64,000 nucleotides of DNA from the human T2T-CHM13v2.0 reference genome, Homo sapiens. The stretch is taken from NCBI RefSeq assembly GCF_009914755.1, contig NC_060935.1; one strand, given 5' to 3'. Below, in pieces: positions 33,378 through 45,992 of the stretch (position 1 is the first letter of the stretch; each line of letters begins with the position of its first letter). The notes under the pieces were generated by a model. The model worked only from the letters and a program-made list of their open reading frames with translations, had not been told where the DNA came from and searched no databases. Made by a program: the position numbers and the translations under genes.

Positions 33378-35701
33378 CTTCCCATTCTTTTCTAATACAC
33401 TATATTTCTTCAGTGTTGTCATTGTCACTTTCCCAAACTAAAATTAGGACTAGATGGAAATGTGGACATCTCAAATTATTAATCAGGTGTTCCTTCAAAT
33501 TAATATTAAAAGTATTTGTTCACCACTGATTTAGAGAAGTTGGGCAAGGTATAAATAAGGAAAAAACAGAGATGGGAGCATTACACTGCACTCGGCAAAT
33601 GAAAATGAAAGGCCTTACACTCAACTAGTTCCATCCTTAGAATACAATCTGGTCATCATCTTTTGTCACTTGAACTTGACCCTGAAGGAGGGGGTCTCTG
33701 TACCCTAAGTGGCTATGCACAGCATTCCTTCCAAAGACATGGAATATGCTGCCTGAAGGAAGATCTGAAAAATACAATTGTTTCTTTCCAAATTTCCAGT
33801 AATGTTTTAAAGGTCATTATAGACCACAGCAAAAGTTATCTCACTCCTTCTTTTGGTTTTGCTTATGACAGTTCCCTACTGTAAATACCATCAAATCTAA
33901 TTTGGATGGCAGTAACTGGCCCTGTTATCTACCATTTGGTCACAGAAGTCTTCAGTGTTGATTGTTGAGTGAGAGTATAGGAGACACTGAGTTAGACTTT
34001 TTCCCTCAGTATCTTTACACTATTCAAATCTCTCACTACCTATTTTCTCAGCTGTCGAATGCAGGTAACTTCTGCTCTGCTACTTCACTTAGGATGGAAG
34101 AAGAGGAAGAAATACATCACCTATTCACTCAACAAACACTTTGAGAAAATACTAGGGAAGCCACTTATACTTCTAGGGATATAAAGATGAATACTAGAGG
34201 GTTCTTGTCCACAAAGATCTCAACATTTCACACTTAGGATACCAAAAAAAGCAGCCTATGATAGAAGAGAGGCCACTGAATTTTGAGTCAGAACGAGGCA
34301 AATATCCTGACTTGATCACTTACACATAATTAGTCTCTCCTTCATCATTGGAAATACAGGATTTTTGTGAAACATAATGTGTATAAAGGCCCTAACAATG
34401 TGCTAGCCACATAAAAAACAGTCAATAGATGGTATTTATTATTTTTGCTATGGATGAGTGTTAAAATAATAGATATGTAAAATGTAAAATGCTACAGAGC
34501 TTAATAGGGAATAGTACTGGGGGAGGAGGGAGAGGAATAAGATGATTCTTCAATTGGACCTGAATGTAAGAGTTTTGCCAGGCAAATAAATGCAGAAAAG
34601 TGCCTCCCAGCAAGCACAGTGTAACAAAGCACACAAAGGGAAAGAAATTAAAGTGTTTCTAAATGAACAAAATTGTTACAGTGTTTGCTTGTGGGTATTA
34701 GTATCTGTTCAGCAGTTATTATGTGGCAAGTACAAATTTATCTTTACAAAAACCCCTGTGAGGTAGATATTGTACTCCCCATTTGACAGATCAGAAAACA
34801 GGGGTTTAGCAAGGATAAACAACCTGCACGGTAATACATGGATGCTATGGGGTAGAGCCAAGGGAACAATCCAAGTGTGTCCGACTCCAAAGGTTATGCT
34901 CTTGGAAAATCAAACTGGAGAGAATGGCAGCTCTTATAAAGCATGCCAAGGATGTGGTCATTTATTTAGGAAACAAAGGGGAAACATTAAAGGTGTACAG
35001 GCTTGACACATTCAAAGCTGTGTTTTCAAAAGTCGTTCTGCAAAAGTGTGGGGGATGGGCTGGCACAGTTAACATCAGAAAGCAGCTAAAATACTCCTGC
35101 AATTGCTCGAGGCTATGATGAAGGCAGCAGCATCAGGAATGGAGCGGGGCTGCCCTGAGACACCTCAGAGGCAGGACAGTGGTAGTGGGCATGAAAGGGG
35201 AAGCAGAAATGCCATGACTCCTGGGTTGGTGGCTTGGATGGTGCCATTAGCAGGCTTTGGGAATCCCATTTTCACTCATGTGACGTTTGATGATGTCTGC
35301 ATGTGAGACATCCAGTGGAACCTATGAACATGAAGTTCAAGAAATAAGTCTGGCGGAAGAAAGAGATTTGCAATTTAAAACCATCTTAATAGGTAAGAAT
35401 AGATAGGTGCACGAAGACACGCACAGGAAGAAGGGGAAGGCCGAGAAAACAGATGCACAGGCGCTAGAAGAGACTGGCCAACATTCGCTTATTCTAAGGG
35501 TGGCCTGGCCGGCTTGAGCCCCCACGGGAAACCTGGCTAGCCGCAATCCTGGCGTGGCACGGCCCTGGGGACCCCAGGCACCGCCGACAGCCGGGCGCCC
35601 CCACCCCGCCCCCACCGGCACCCCGGCCCGGGCTTAGGCATCGTCGGGGACGCATAGGACCCTCGCCCTGGCCCCCGGGCCTCCCGGCTGCATCTGCTCA
35701 C

Positions 35702-35765
35702 CGAGTCTAAGATCCAGCGGACACCAGGGCTGCAGGCCGCTACCAAGGCCCCGCAACGCCACCAT
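35702..35765 (-). CDS. NCAPD3: NCAPD3 coding exon 1 ([21 protein letters not shown]), condensin-2 complex subunit D3
   Basis: atcATGG strong Kozak, 64 nt, |gtgagc donor, joins exon 2 in phase. Confidence 0.96.
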
Positions 35766-35803
35766 GATCCCAGGGCACCGGCTCGCCGCCGCCGTGCTCA
35801 ACT

Positions 35804-35809
35804 TTCAAA
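35804..35809 (-). promoter_or_regulatory. CHR element (TTTGAA)
   Basis: Exact consensus about 40 nt upstream of the NCAPD3 ATG, next to a CG-rich CDE/E2F-like run and CCAAT boxes. Confidence 0.65.
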
Positions 35810-36388
35810 GCTCGCTCCCGCGCGCGCGCCGAGTCGTTCCTGTGGACCAATCACAACGTACAGAATTTCCCACTGGCCAACCACCGCGCCGAGCCGTTTC
35901 CATTCGCTCAACCAATCACCGGCGTCGTCCGCCGCACGCTCAGAGAACTGGGCGGGCCGAAAAGTGGAAGCCAAACAAGGCTCCTGCGGGTGTTCCGCTA
36001 ATTCGTTCGAGAAGGAGCCAGGGCCTGAGTTAAACCCTAACAGCGTTTTTCCCGCCTCGTTTTTCTTCAATGGGGGAAAATCTAAAGGGTATCTGAGATA
36101 GGGTACTTCCGGTAGTAACTGTCACCTTTGCCCTCGTCAGGCGACATTTCGCGTGCGTGTCAAAGGGCTGCCTTTCCCGTCAGCACTCGAACAGCGTAAT
36201 ATCCGAATGTGAAAGGCAGCCCAACGTGTATCGAGCTAAAGTAATAAGGGAAAAGTAGCCGAAAGCACTCCGAGAAGACAAGACAACTGCAGTTCTGTAG
36301 GGACTGCGCGGCACGCGTGGGCCCAGAGCCTGTCCCAGCGAGTCAGCAGCTGCCATGCCGACCGCTGGAGCGCCGGCCGCGCTCTCCC

Positions 36389-36400
36389 TGCGCATGCGCA
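36389..36400. promoter_or_regulatory. NRF1 palindromic site
   Basis: Perfect TGCGCATGCGCA; degenerate copy at 36447-58. Confidence 0.75.
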
Positions 36401-36961
36401 GCGAGCTCTCCTCCGGGCTGCCGGGAGTCCCAGGAGCGTTAGGGGGTGCGCCTGCGCGCCGCTGCTCCAGCGCATCCGGGCTGGAGCTCGCCCGCCCCCT
36501 CCCCCGCCCGGAGCCGCCGAAGCGCCTCGGTGCGTTGCACCGCCGGAGGCTGGGCAGCTCGCAGCGCTGCTCGGCGCTGGACCCCACCCGGCAGGCGCAG
36601 GCCACCCACACCCGGCTCTGTGCGGCTGCCCCCCGCAGCATTGCACGGCCGACCCTCGCCCGCCCACTGCCACCGGCCGCGGGACTGGCTGGGACTGGCT
36701 CGGCCGAGGGCACTGCTCCTCGGTGCATTGCTGCTCGGGCGCCGCAGCCCGCAGCCGCCAGCCTCCCCCGGCCGTGCCCCTCCCCCGTGGAGCCGGCTGT
36801 CCGTCGGCGCCCACTGCCCGGCGGCAGCGGCGGAGCCAGGCAGCCCCGCGGCGGCCGAGCGCGCTCGCGCATCGGGCCCTCTGGCCTTCTTTACCTAGGG
36901 CAGCCCGCGCCCCGGTGCGAGGGAGCGGTCCTTACCGAGACCCGCCCGGCCCGGCGGTGCG

Positions 36962-37184
36962 ATGAGCTTCTTCGGCTTCGGGCAGAGCGTGGAGGTGGAA
37001 ATCCTTCTGAACGATGCAGAGAGTAGGAAGCGGGCCGAGCACAAGACGGAGGACGGGAAGAAGGAGAAATATTTCCTCTTCTACGACGGGGAGACGGTCT
37101 CCGGGAAGGTGAGCCTTGCCCTCAAGAACCCCAACAAGCGGCTGGAGCACCAGGGCATCAAGATCGAGTTCATCGGGCAGATCG
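36962..37184 (+). CDS. VPS26B: VPS26B coding exon 1 (MSFFGFGQSVEVEILL...IEFIGQI), retromer subunit with arrestin fold
   Basis: 223 nt, |gtgagt donor; recognisable VPS26 N-terminus. Confidence 0.97.
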
Positions 37185-37958
37185 GTGAGTCGACCCCCGG
37201 GACCCCCTCCCCCAGCGCCGACAGCCGGCCGGGGAGCAGGGTGATTCAGGGCCCAGCTCCTCCGGCGAGGCCTGTCACAGTCGCTTGTCAACTGCAGTCT
37301 GAGGCCTGGGGTTCAGCTACAAGTCCCGCCCGTGGGCGACTCCCCCTGCGTTACTGTCCTCCCTGCCAAAAGTGACAGCGCGCTGCCAGGGAGATGGGGA
37401 CGGCGAGGGCGGGAGGAAGCGCCCTGCTGTGCCTCGTGGGATGGGCACCTTGCCTATGGGTTCTCCCCATTGTCTCCGGCATGCACTCGGCTTTGCTTCT
37501 TGTCCCCAGGATTTCTGGGTGAGGTGCTCTGGCCATAGCCTGCAGGTGGGTTTGTTAGGGGGAGACCGCTCTGCCAATACTGGCTTTCCCATCGCCCGGC
37601 CATCTGCAACTGCCAGACGCAAAGTGAGGCTCGTCCACCGAGCCCCACTTCCCAGAGCCCGCACCAACCCGTTTTTCTCTTTAGATGTGGTGTGAGAGAG
37701 CTAACCAGTTCTCTCTTACCTCACCTCAGCCCTGAACTACCTATGCTTGTACATGTTTCCAGAAAGAAGACCCATAATCTTCAGTCTAAATCTGACTACC
37801 TAGGCTGCGTTTCTTAGACTTCTTTATTAGAATGCAAGTTTTCAGTTACCACATTTTCTGTTTAAAGACAAAGAAATGGTGTTTCTAAAAACCACAATTA
37901 AGTGATCAGAGTTTCTCAATGCTTTAAACATGATTATTAATCATTGGAACTAGACAGC

Positions 37959-38272
37959 GCCAGGCACAGTGGCTGATGCCTACAATCCCAGCACTTTGAG
38001 AGGCTGAAGTGGGAGGATTGCTTGAGGCCAGGAGTTGGAGACCAGCCTGGGCAATATAGCAAGACCTGCCTCTACCCCCAAAAATTTTTTTGTAATTAGC
38101 TGGTCGTGGTGGTGCTTGCCGGTAGTCCTAGCTCCTCGGGGGGCTAAGATGGGAGGATTGTTTGAACCCAGGAGTTCCAGGCAGCAGTGAGCTGTGATAA
38201 CACCACAGCACTCCAGCCTGGGTGACAACCAGCAAGACCCTGTCTCAAAAAAATAAACAAATAAACAAATAA
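37959..38272 (+). mobile_element. Alu (J-like)
   Basis: TSD gaactagacag. Confidence 0.93.
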
Positions 38273-38867
38273 GAACTAGACAGTAAAAGGCAGTAATGGT
38301 AAAGTGATTTGGGGAGCTCCCAGTCAAGACTGGGTCGTCTCCAATTCTAAGCCTTATTTAGACTCTTGTGTATTATTAAAATGCTTGGGTACTTTTAAAA
38401 TAAGTTGTTTTTGTCGTTAGGTTAGGAGTAGAATCACAGTAAATACCCTGTGAGCTACACACCTCTGGTAGAGAATCCATACCGATACCACACACTGCAT
38501 ACATAACTCTGTTTTTAGAGACTTCCTTGGGGAATCTTTGTTAAACTCTCTTATCCTGAGAGTTTAGCAAAGAATTTGCCGTCTTTTTTTCACAGAGGCA
38601 GGAAACACGGAGACACAGGTAGGAGAAACCCTGGGAAAAGGAGGCCTTGTGGCCTGGCTCTTGGGTTCACTGCTCAGCCTCAAGCATTTTGCCTCTGGTA
38701 TTTAAGAACATGAAATCAGGTTGAAGACTGGCTGATCTTACAGGAAGCTCTTTGTTGTTATTTTAAAGCCAGAATATGAAAGGTCTTAGTGTACCAGAAA
38801 AGGGGCCGAAGAGTGAGTTCCATGCCTTCTGCTTTCCTGCTTCTGGGTTCAATGGTGGGGTAGATGG

Positions 38868-39055
38868 CAAGGTTCCTCAGTAGCAGCACTGTGATGTCTG
38901 GCATCGTTTGGCATGTTGTCATGGGATGTTTAGCAGCATTCCCAGCCTCTACTGACCAGACAACAGTAGCATCCCCCACTTGCGACCACAAAAATGTCTT
39001 CAGATATTGCTGTATATCCTCTGGAGGGTAAAATCATCTCTAGCAAAGAACCCCA
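38868..39055. mobile_element. MER20-like hAT DNA transposon
   Basis: ggatgtttagcagcattcccagcctctac...aaaaatgtcttcagatattgc. Confidence 0.65.
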
Positions 39056-39937
39056 GGATAAACAGGATGAGTCCAAAGCATATTATGCTACGCATAGTAA
39101 ATAGTCGAGAAATCCTTGCCTATTGAGCAAGGTATTTTTTAGTAGCAGTTTTAAAGTTATTGCATTGATTCTTTGGCTCCATAATAATAATTAGTGTTGG
39201 CAGGCATGTTTAGTCTGTGTCTATACCATCACTCCCAGATGGTGGTACCTTACCAGTATGTGAAAGATAACCCAGAATGTCTTCTGCCCCAGACAGTGTG
39301 AAATTAGCTGTTCTAGGAACCGTGTCAAGGCCTTCCTCTGGTCTAAATGAAAGGGAGTTGAAGAAACTGCTTGCTGTTCCTGCCCCACCTGATTTCTTGT
39401 CTATCTCCTTACTCCTGAGACATCCATCATCCCTGCTGAATTTTCTCAGAACCTTTTGTTGCTTCCACTAGTAACTCTTCCCGGGCCCTTGGCCACCCTG
39501 CACTGAGTTGACCATGAGACTGGGGGAATTTAGCCACTCTCTGGGCCTCGGCTTTCTCAGCTACCAAGCAAGGAAAATAACATCACTTGGTGAGAATGTT
39601 GGGCATGCCAGGGGATCATGCATGACCCTTATAGAGGGTTCCTTTATAAAATTATGGTAGTTGTAGTAAAATGTTTCCATTTCACAAATTGAGTTATCAC
39701 CCACTGGCTTGCTGCTCTTCCTCCTGTACCTGTTTTACCTGAAGAAGATCGCCCTGTCTACTGATAAGGAGTGCATGTTTCAACCCTTTGCCTTAAATTT
39801 CTTACTTTGGCCACATGGGCCAGTCTCAGTTGGTGTTGTAGATGGAGCCAGTCCCAGCTTTGTGCTGAAGTATATTGTTCACGCTCAATTATCCATGGTT
39901 ACGTGAGGACATGGAAGTAGAATAACACAGAATGATG

Positions 39938-40489
39938 GACAATATGTTTCTGATTATTTGGCTTTGGGATGTATTTCTTGATCAAGAACAAGGCATTAGA
40001 ATAACCTTTGTAGTTCTATTTGATGTAAAAGGGAGTTTGTGTTCCTGAAATACACACATGGACAGGGAGTAAAGATGTACTATTTGGAAGTCTATTTGGA
40101 GGCACAGAGTGACTTTTCTTAGACAACATGTTTCTTATTATTTGGCTTTGGGATGTATTTCTTGATCAAGAACAAGGCATTAGAATAACCTTTGTAGTTC
40201 TATTCGATGTAAAAGGGAGTTTGTGTTCCTGAAATACACACATGGACAGGGAGTAAAGATGTACTATTTGGAAGTCTATTTGGAGGCACAGAGTGACTTT
40301 TCTTAGACAATATGTTTCTTATTATTTGGCTTTGGGATGTATTTCTTGATCAAGAACAAGGCATTAGAATAACCTTTGTAGTTCTATTCGATGTAAAAGG
40401 GAGTTTGTGTTCCTGAAATACACACATTGACAGGGAGTGAAGATGTACTATTTGGAAGTCTATTTGGAGGCACAGAGTGACTTTTCTTA
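39938..40489. repeat. Three near-identical 184-bp tandem copies
   Basis: Copies start at 39938, 40122 and 40306; 3-4 substitutions between copies, no indels. Confidence 0.97.
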
Positions 40490-40706
40490 AACTCTTATAT
40501 TCCTCCTATTTTATCTTCCTGGTTCCCCGAAAGAAGCATGTTGTGAAGTATTTGTGTCATACACCTGTGTCAGTCATTGTAAACTGAGCTTGGGGCACCA
40601 GAGCGAGGCTAGTGAGTGAGTTTGCTGAAGCTGCGGTCGTGTGGTTTTCTCCTTCATTGCATTCTTTGACTATGTGTGAGATGGGTGGAACTTCAGTCTG
40701 TTCTGA

Positions 40707-41162
<456 letters not shown>

Positions 41163-41169
41163 CATGAAT

Positions 41170-42140
41170 TATATTCTGATGACTCCCAGACTGTTTCTTT
41201 GTTCTGACCCGACCTCTCTTCTGAGTTTCACACGTCTTTGAAGCTGTCTGCTAGACATGTCCACCGGGATACCCTACAGGTGCCTCAGTAATGCATGCAA
41301 ACACAAACCCCTCTCTCTGTCTCTGCTTCAGCCACAGCCCCACTGCGTCTCCTTTTTTCCCCATTTCGGCCTATGTCAGCTGGGATCATTTAGCCTCAGA
41401 AATCTAGAAGTCATTTTGAAGTCTTGGCTCCTCCTCCCACACATGCAGTTGGCTGCTAAGTTTTGGCCTTCTCTGCTGGTTCTGCAGTATATCTCAAACC
41501 AGTGTCTCCTCTCTCTTCTCAATGCCACTGCCTTTTATTTTCTGTTTGTAGCAGCTTCCTAAGTGGTCTTCCTGCCTTTGTCTTCCTCCCCTTTCAGGTC
41601 ATTTTCTGTGAGGATGAAGTTTCTTAAAGGCAGTTCTATCATTGTCAGTCCTTTCTTAAAATTCTCGCCTCCCTATTGGTTAATGGGGGAAAGTATATCC
41701 AAATCCCTCCTGCTCTGGCCCTCCCTCTCTTTCCAGCCTCGTCTCCCCTAACCCTTCACTCTCACCGCTTGTGGGTTCCACAAACTATCCTTTTCTTCTG
41801 GAATCTTGGTATTTTCCCTTTGTATAGTAACATCTTTCTGCAAGATATAACCTTCCACCCAAGCTCTTACTCCTTCAAAGCCTAGCTAACATCACATCCA
41901 TCAGAAAGTCTTCTCTGACTTCCCCAGGCTGACTTAAGTGCTTCCTCCACTGTTCTTCCAGAGGCCTCATTAATACCTCTTTTCAAGCCGGGTATGACAA
42001 GCTTGTGACTTTTTTAAAAAACTTGTCTGTCTTTCTTACTAATTTCTGAGCACCTGAGATCCAGGGACTGCCTTCAGCCCATCATTAGTGCAGTGGCTAG
42101 CACATAGAAGGTGCCTAGTAAATATTTGTTGAATGGATAT
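41170..42140 (+). mobile_element. Degraded L2 remnants
   Basis: L2-type 3' end gcacatagaaggtgcctagtaaatatttgttgaatg; upstream pyrimidine-rich L2-like sequence. Confidence 0.55.
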
Positions 42141-43323
42141 ATTGGTCAAATCTAAGAATTTACAGAAACTATTCTTTGTTGTTGTTTTGTTTCATTTTGT
42201 TTTCTTTCCTTTTCCCACATCTCCTCCCAGATAAGCAAGAGTTGTTTTAATGAAAGAAAGACAGAAATCAGGTTTGTTTTGGTGGTTGAGCAGCTGAGCT
42301 TCCTGCCTTTGTTGTGGAGGAGGCATTGATGAGCAACATGTGGTTGTCCATCAAGGCCACTGACAACTCGGTGACTCTCCAGCTGGTGTGCCCCCACTGG
42401 GGCTGCGTCCTCACTGGGGGAACTGGGATAAGGAAGTATTAAAGCTGATGTCAGTTTACCTGCCTTTACATCTTTCTTTCCTCACACTCTTCTGTGCCAA
42501 GTTGAAACTGATATCCCCTTGTGTGTAAGAACGTAAGAGTTGTCAAACCTCTGGCCCGTTTGGTCCTGCACCACTGCTCAGATGTGGCAGTTTGAACGTT
42601 GCCTCCTGAGACTATAATATCTTATTTATTCACTTATGTGGTGGACGTTTTTCTGTTATCCTCTGCAAGTTTTCGAGCCACACTGGGATCCTTCCTGTAC
42701 CTAGGATACTTTTCCAGTGGCTTGGTCTGTGTTCTAACAATGCCAACACATGTGGTGAGGGCATCTCTTGGGTCAGGCCCATGGGACAGAAAGGTCTAAG
42801 ACCTAGTCATCCTACTGGCCCACGTCTTTAGGAAGATGCAGTAGTCTGTAAGGAGCACTGCAAGGAAAAACTGTAACTGTGAGAAGAAGAGACCGTTGTT
42901 GAGCTGGAATCCTTTGGGGAACACCAGTGAAGTTTAGAAAGCAGACCTGGGCCGCCTTGGAGACTAATGGGTTAAATAAACCAAACGTAATTAGAAGGTC
43001 AGACATGCGGAGGAGGGCAGACAGGAACATCCCTGCACTCCAAAGCCAACAGACATTATCTGGATTTTTTTTTTTTTTTTAGGTTTTAATAAGCCCATTA
43101 ATACCAATCAAGCCCATACTTTTAAAAACTCCAGGGGCTTTCTGTATTTTAATTCATTAGCCCTTGAAACACTAAGTAAAAGGCACATTAAGATGAGGTG
43201 GATTGATTCTGGCCTACTTAACAAGCTGCTGGTGGGACTGGAGCAGAGCTGCGCCTGGTGAGGCGTGGGCCGCTCAGAGGTGCCAGTGCTTCTGGGTTTC
43301 ACAGGGTTGGCAGACAGGAGTAG

Positions 43324-43702
<379 letters not shown>

Positions 43703-45281
43703 TTTGGAGGTCTTTTTATGCTTTGCTGACTTAGGTTTCTTCCAAAACTGCACGAGGCCTAGACTAAACATGGCCTTAGCCAAGCAGCAAAGCTCAGGGC
43801 GGCTGTCATGGGTGACCTGTGATGCAAAGCTGGCTCAGTTTCCTTCCAGAATGGCAAATTCACTTCTCAACTGTTGGTGGCAAGTTTCACCATGAAAACA
43901 TCCTGAGTACAAAAGTTATTTCCTCCTGTTGGACTGAGAAGGAAACCAAAGACAGGATAGTTACCTTAACCAAAAACTTACTCAGTTCCTACTTCTAGCC
44001 TGACACGTCTGGTCCCTGAGGACTGGTGATTGGGAAGAATGAAAGATGACGCGTGGTTGCTTCTTTGGGACGGAATAGAGGCTATTTACAATCTCTTTAG
44101 GGCCCAGACCTCTCGTGAGAACAGCCTTGGATTTTTGTTTTAATTTATGCAAGAGGAAACCAAACTTTCTGGCAAATAGGAAGCATCGCTGTGTCTGCCC
44201 CTTTGCCCCACAGTGTTTGCAGAAGTATTGCAGATGGCTTATAAAGGATAGATTAAAAAGGCCAGGCCAGCCCTGCTGTGACTGCACACTGGCCACTCTT
44301 CCATGACATTTGATGTCAGAGCTGATATTAACATGTGTGCAGGAGGAAAGGCACTAGGGAGAACGTGATGCTATGCAGGGAATGACTTCTCCTGCTCCAG
44401 GTGCCCTGCTGGGGCAGGCCGAACCTTCTGCACTGTTGCTAGGCTCCACAATGCTGGCAGCCTGAGCGCTCTCTGTGCCTTCTCTGTTTTGTTTATTCCT
44501 GATGTTGCCTTTGGGCTGTGTGATCGCATTTCTGTATTTTTCCATCCTTTTCTTCTCCTCTTCCTCTTGACTCTGGACCATTGATTCTGGACACTGGGGC
44601 CTTGCTCTGCCTGCTTCTGTCCCCTGAAACTATGGCCAGAATCTAGTGCTTAGAAACTGAGGTACCAGGTTCCCAAGTCAAGGTTTCGGCTTCCACACGA
44701 AAGCCAACACCATCGACCAGGACTCATGCAACAAGAGTAAGCCGAGGAGTCCCTGTCCCCGGGGCTGGCCGCGGCTCCGCTTCTGCCTGTCATATACTTC
44801 TGACTTTTATTGGGGGGGCACAATTACTGGATTGCTCACTTTCCACCCATAATTTGGAGCTGCCACCTCCCACTCTGAGGCTTTGTGGATTATCACTCAC
44901 TAACCAGAATGCTGCCTACTATTGAAACCACTGAGTGTTTGGAAAGGAAGGTCATTGTTTGTAATAAAAGATTGTGGCTGATTGTAGTTACACGGGAAAT
45001 CAGCCACAAGCCACAGCCACACAATACACTGTGAATTCATACAGAAGTGGCATCACTAGTGTGGGATCCCAGAGACTCCAGTCTGTGGACTCGCCTCTTC
45101 CTCCCCAAGCAGCAAACAACAGAGGCAATGAGTGTGCTCCGCCTGCTCTGTGTTCCCAATTCATCTGCCCCGCTGCAAGTTGCAGTCTAGCACGGGACTT
45201 GAACACAGAATCCTTGAGGGGTGGTGGCTTGAACTGTAATGTGGCCATGCATAGCCACAGTCAGTATTAAGAGCTTACCTC

Positions 45282-45583
45282 GGCCGGGCACGGTGGCTCG
45301 CGCCTGTAATCCCAGCACTTTGGGAGGCCAAGGCGGTTAGATCACGAGGTCAGGAGATCGAGACCATCCTGGCTAACATGGTGAAACCCCATCTCTACTA
45401 AAAATACAAAAACAATTAGCTGGGCGTGGTGGCAGATGCCTGTAGTCTCAGCTTCTTGGGAGGCTGAGGCAGAAGAATTGCTTGAACCCAGGAGGCGGAG
45501 GTTGCAGTGAGTCGAGATCACACTACTGCACTCCAGCCTGGGCGACAGAGCGAGACTCTGTCTCAAAAAACAAACAAAAAAAA
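45282..45583 (+). mobile_element. Alu (Y/Sc-like)
   Basis: ggccgggcacggtggctc...gagatcgagaccatcctggctaac. Confidence 0.93.
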
Positions 45584-45809
45584 GCTCACTTGTGCAGGGC
45601 CAGGTTCTAGGAAGCACCAGGGAGCTGGGGATGTGGGCCTTATCTTTAAAGGGCCTGCAGTCCACAGTGGGAGCGGGGGAGACCAGGTATGTAGCAAAAC
45701 TTATACTTAAATAGAATATAAGCAAACATAAAATAATATAGGACAAATGGGTGGCATGAACTTATCATCAAAAAATACCAGAACTATTTCCTGAAGAGGA
45801 TAAATTTAG

Positions 45810-45992
45810 AGCAATGCTTCTTAAAGCGTGGAAGTGTGGTAGCAGCCGTCCTGGGGAGCTTATCAGAAGGGCCAGTTCTCAGGCCCCATCCCAGACTCCT
45901 GAATCAGAAACACTAGGGTGGAGTCCAGCCATCTGTGTGTTAACCAGCTCTCTCAGTGACTCTGGTGCACACTAAAGTTCGACACCCCCTGA
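45810..45992. mobile_element. MER5A-like hAT DNA transposon
   Basis: ttctcaggccccatcccagactcctgaatcagaaac...gtgcacactaaagtt. Confidence 0.7.

Larger units (their letters stand above)
35490..37500. promoter_or_regulatory. CpG island / bidirectional promoter of NCAPD3 and VPS26B
   Basis: Very GC- and CpG-rich; divergent ATGs 1.2 kb apart; CCAAT 35847 and 35912, E2F TTTCCCGC 36048-55, ETS ACTTCCGGT 36105-13, NRF1 TGCGCATGCGCA 36389-400. Confidence 0.93.

Noticed and set aside
36180-36872. 230-aa and 192-aa minus-strand ORFs in the CpG island
   Set aside because: Ala/Arg/Gly/Pro-rich frames expected where stop codons are rare
39938-40489. Triplication as a CRISPR array or RNA gene cluster
   Set aside because: Head-to-tail units without unique spacers and no tRNA/snRNA hallmarks; eukaryotic intron
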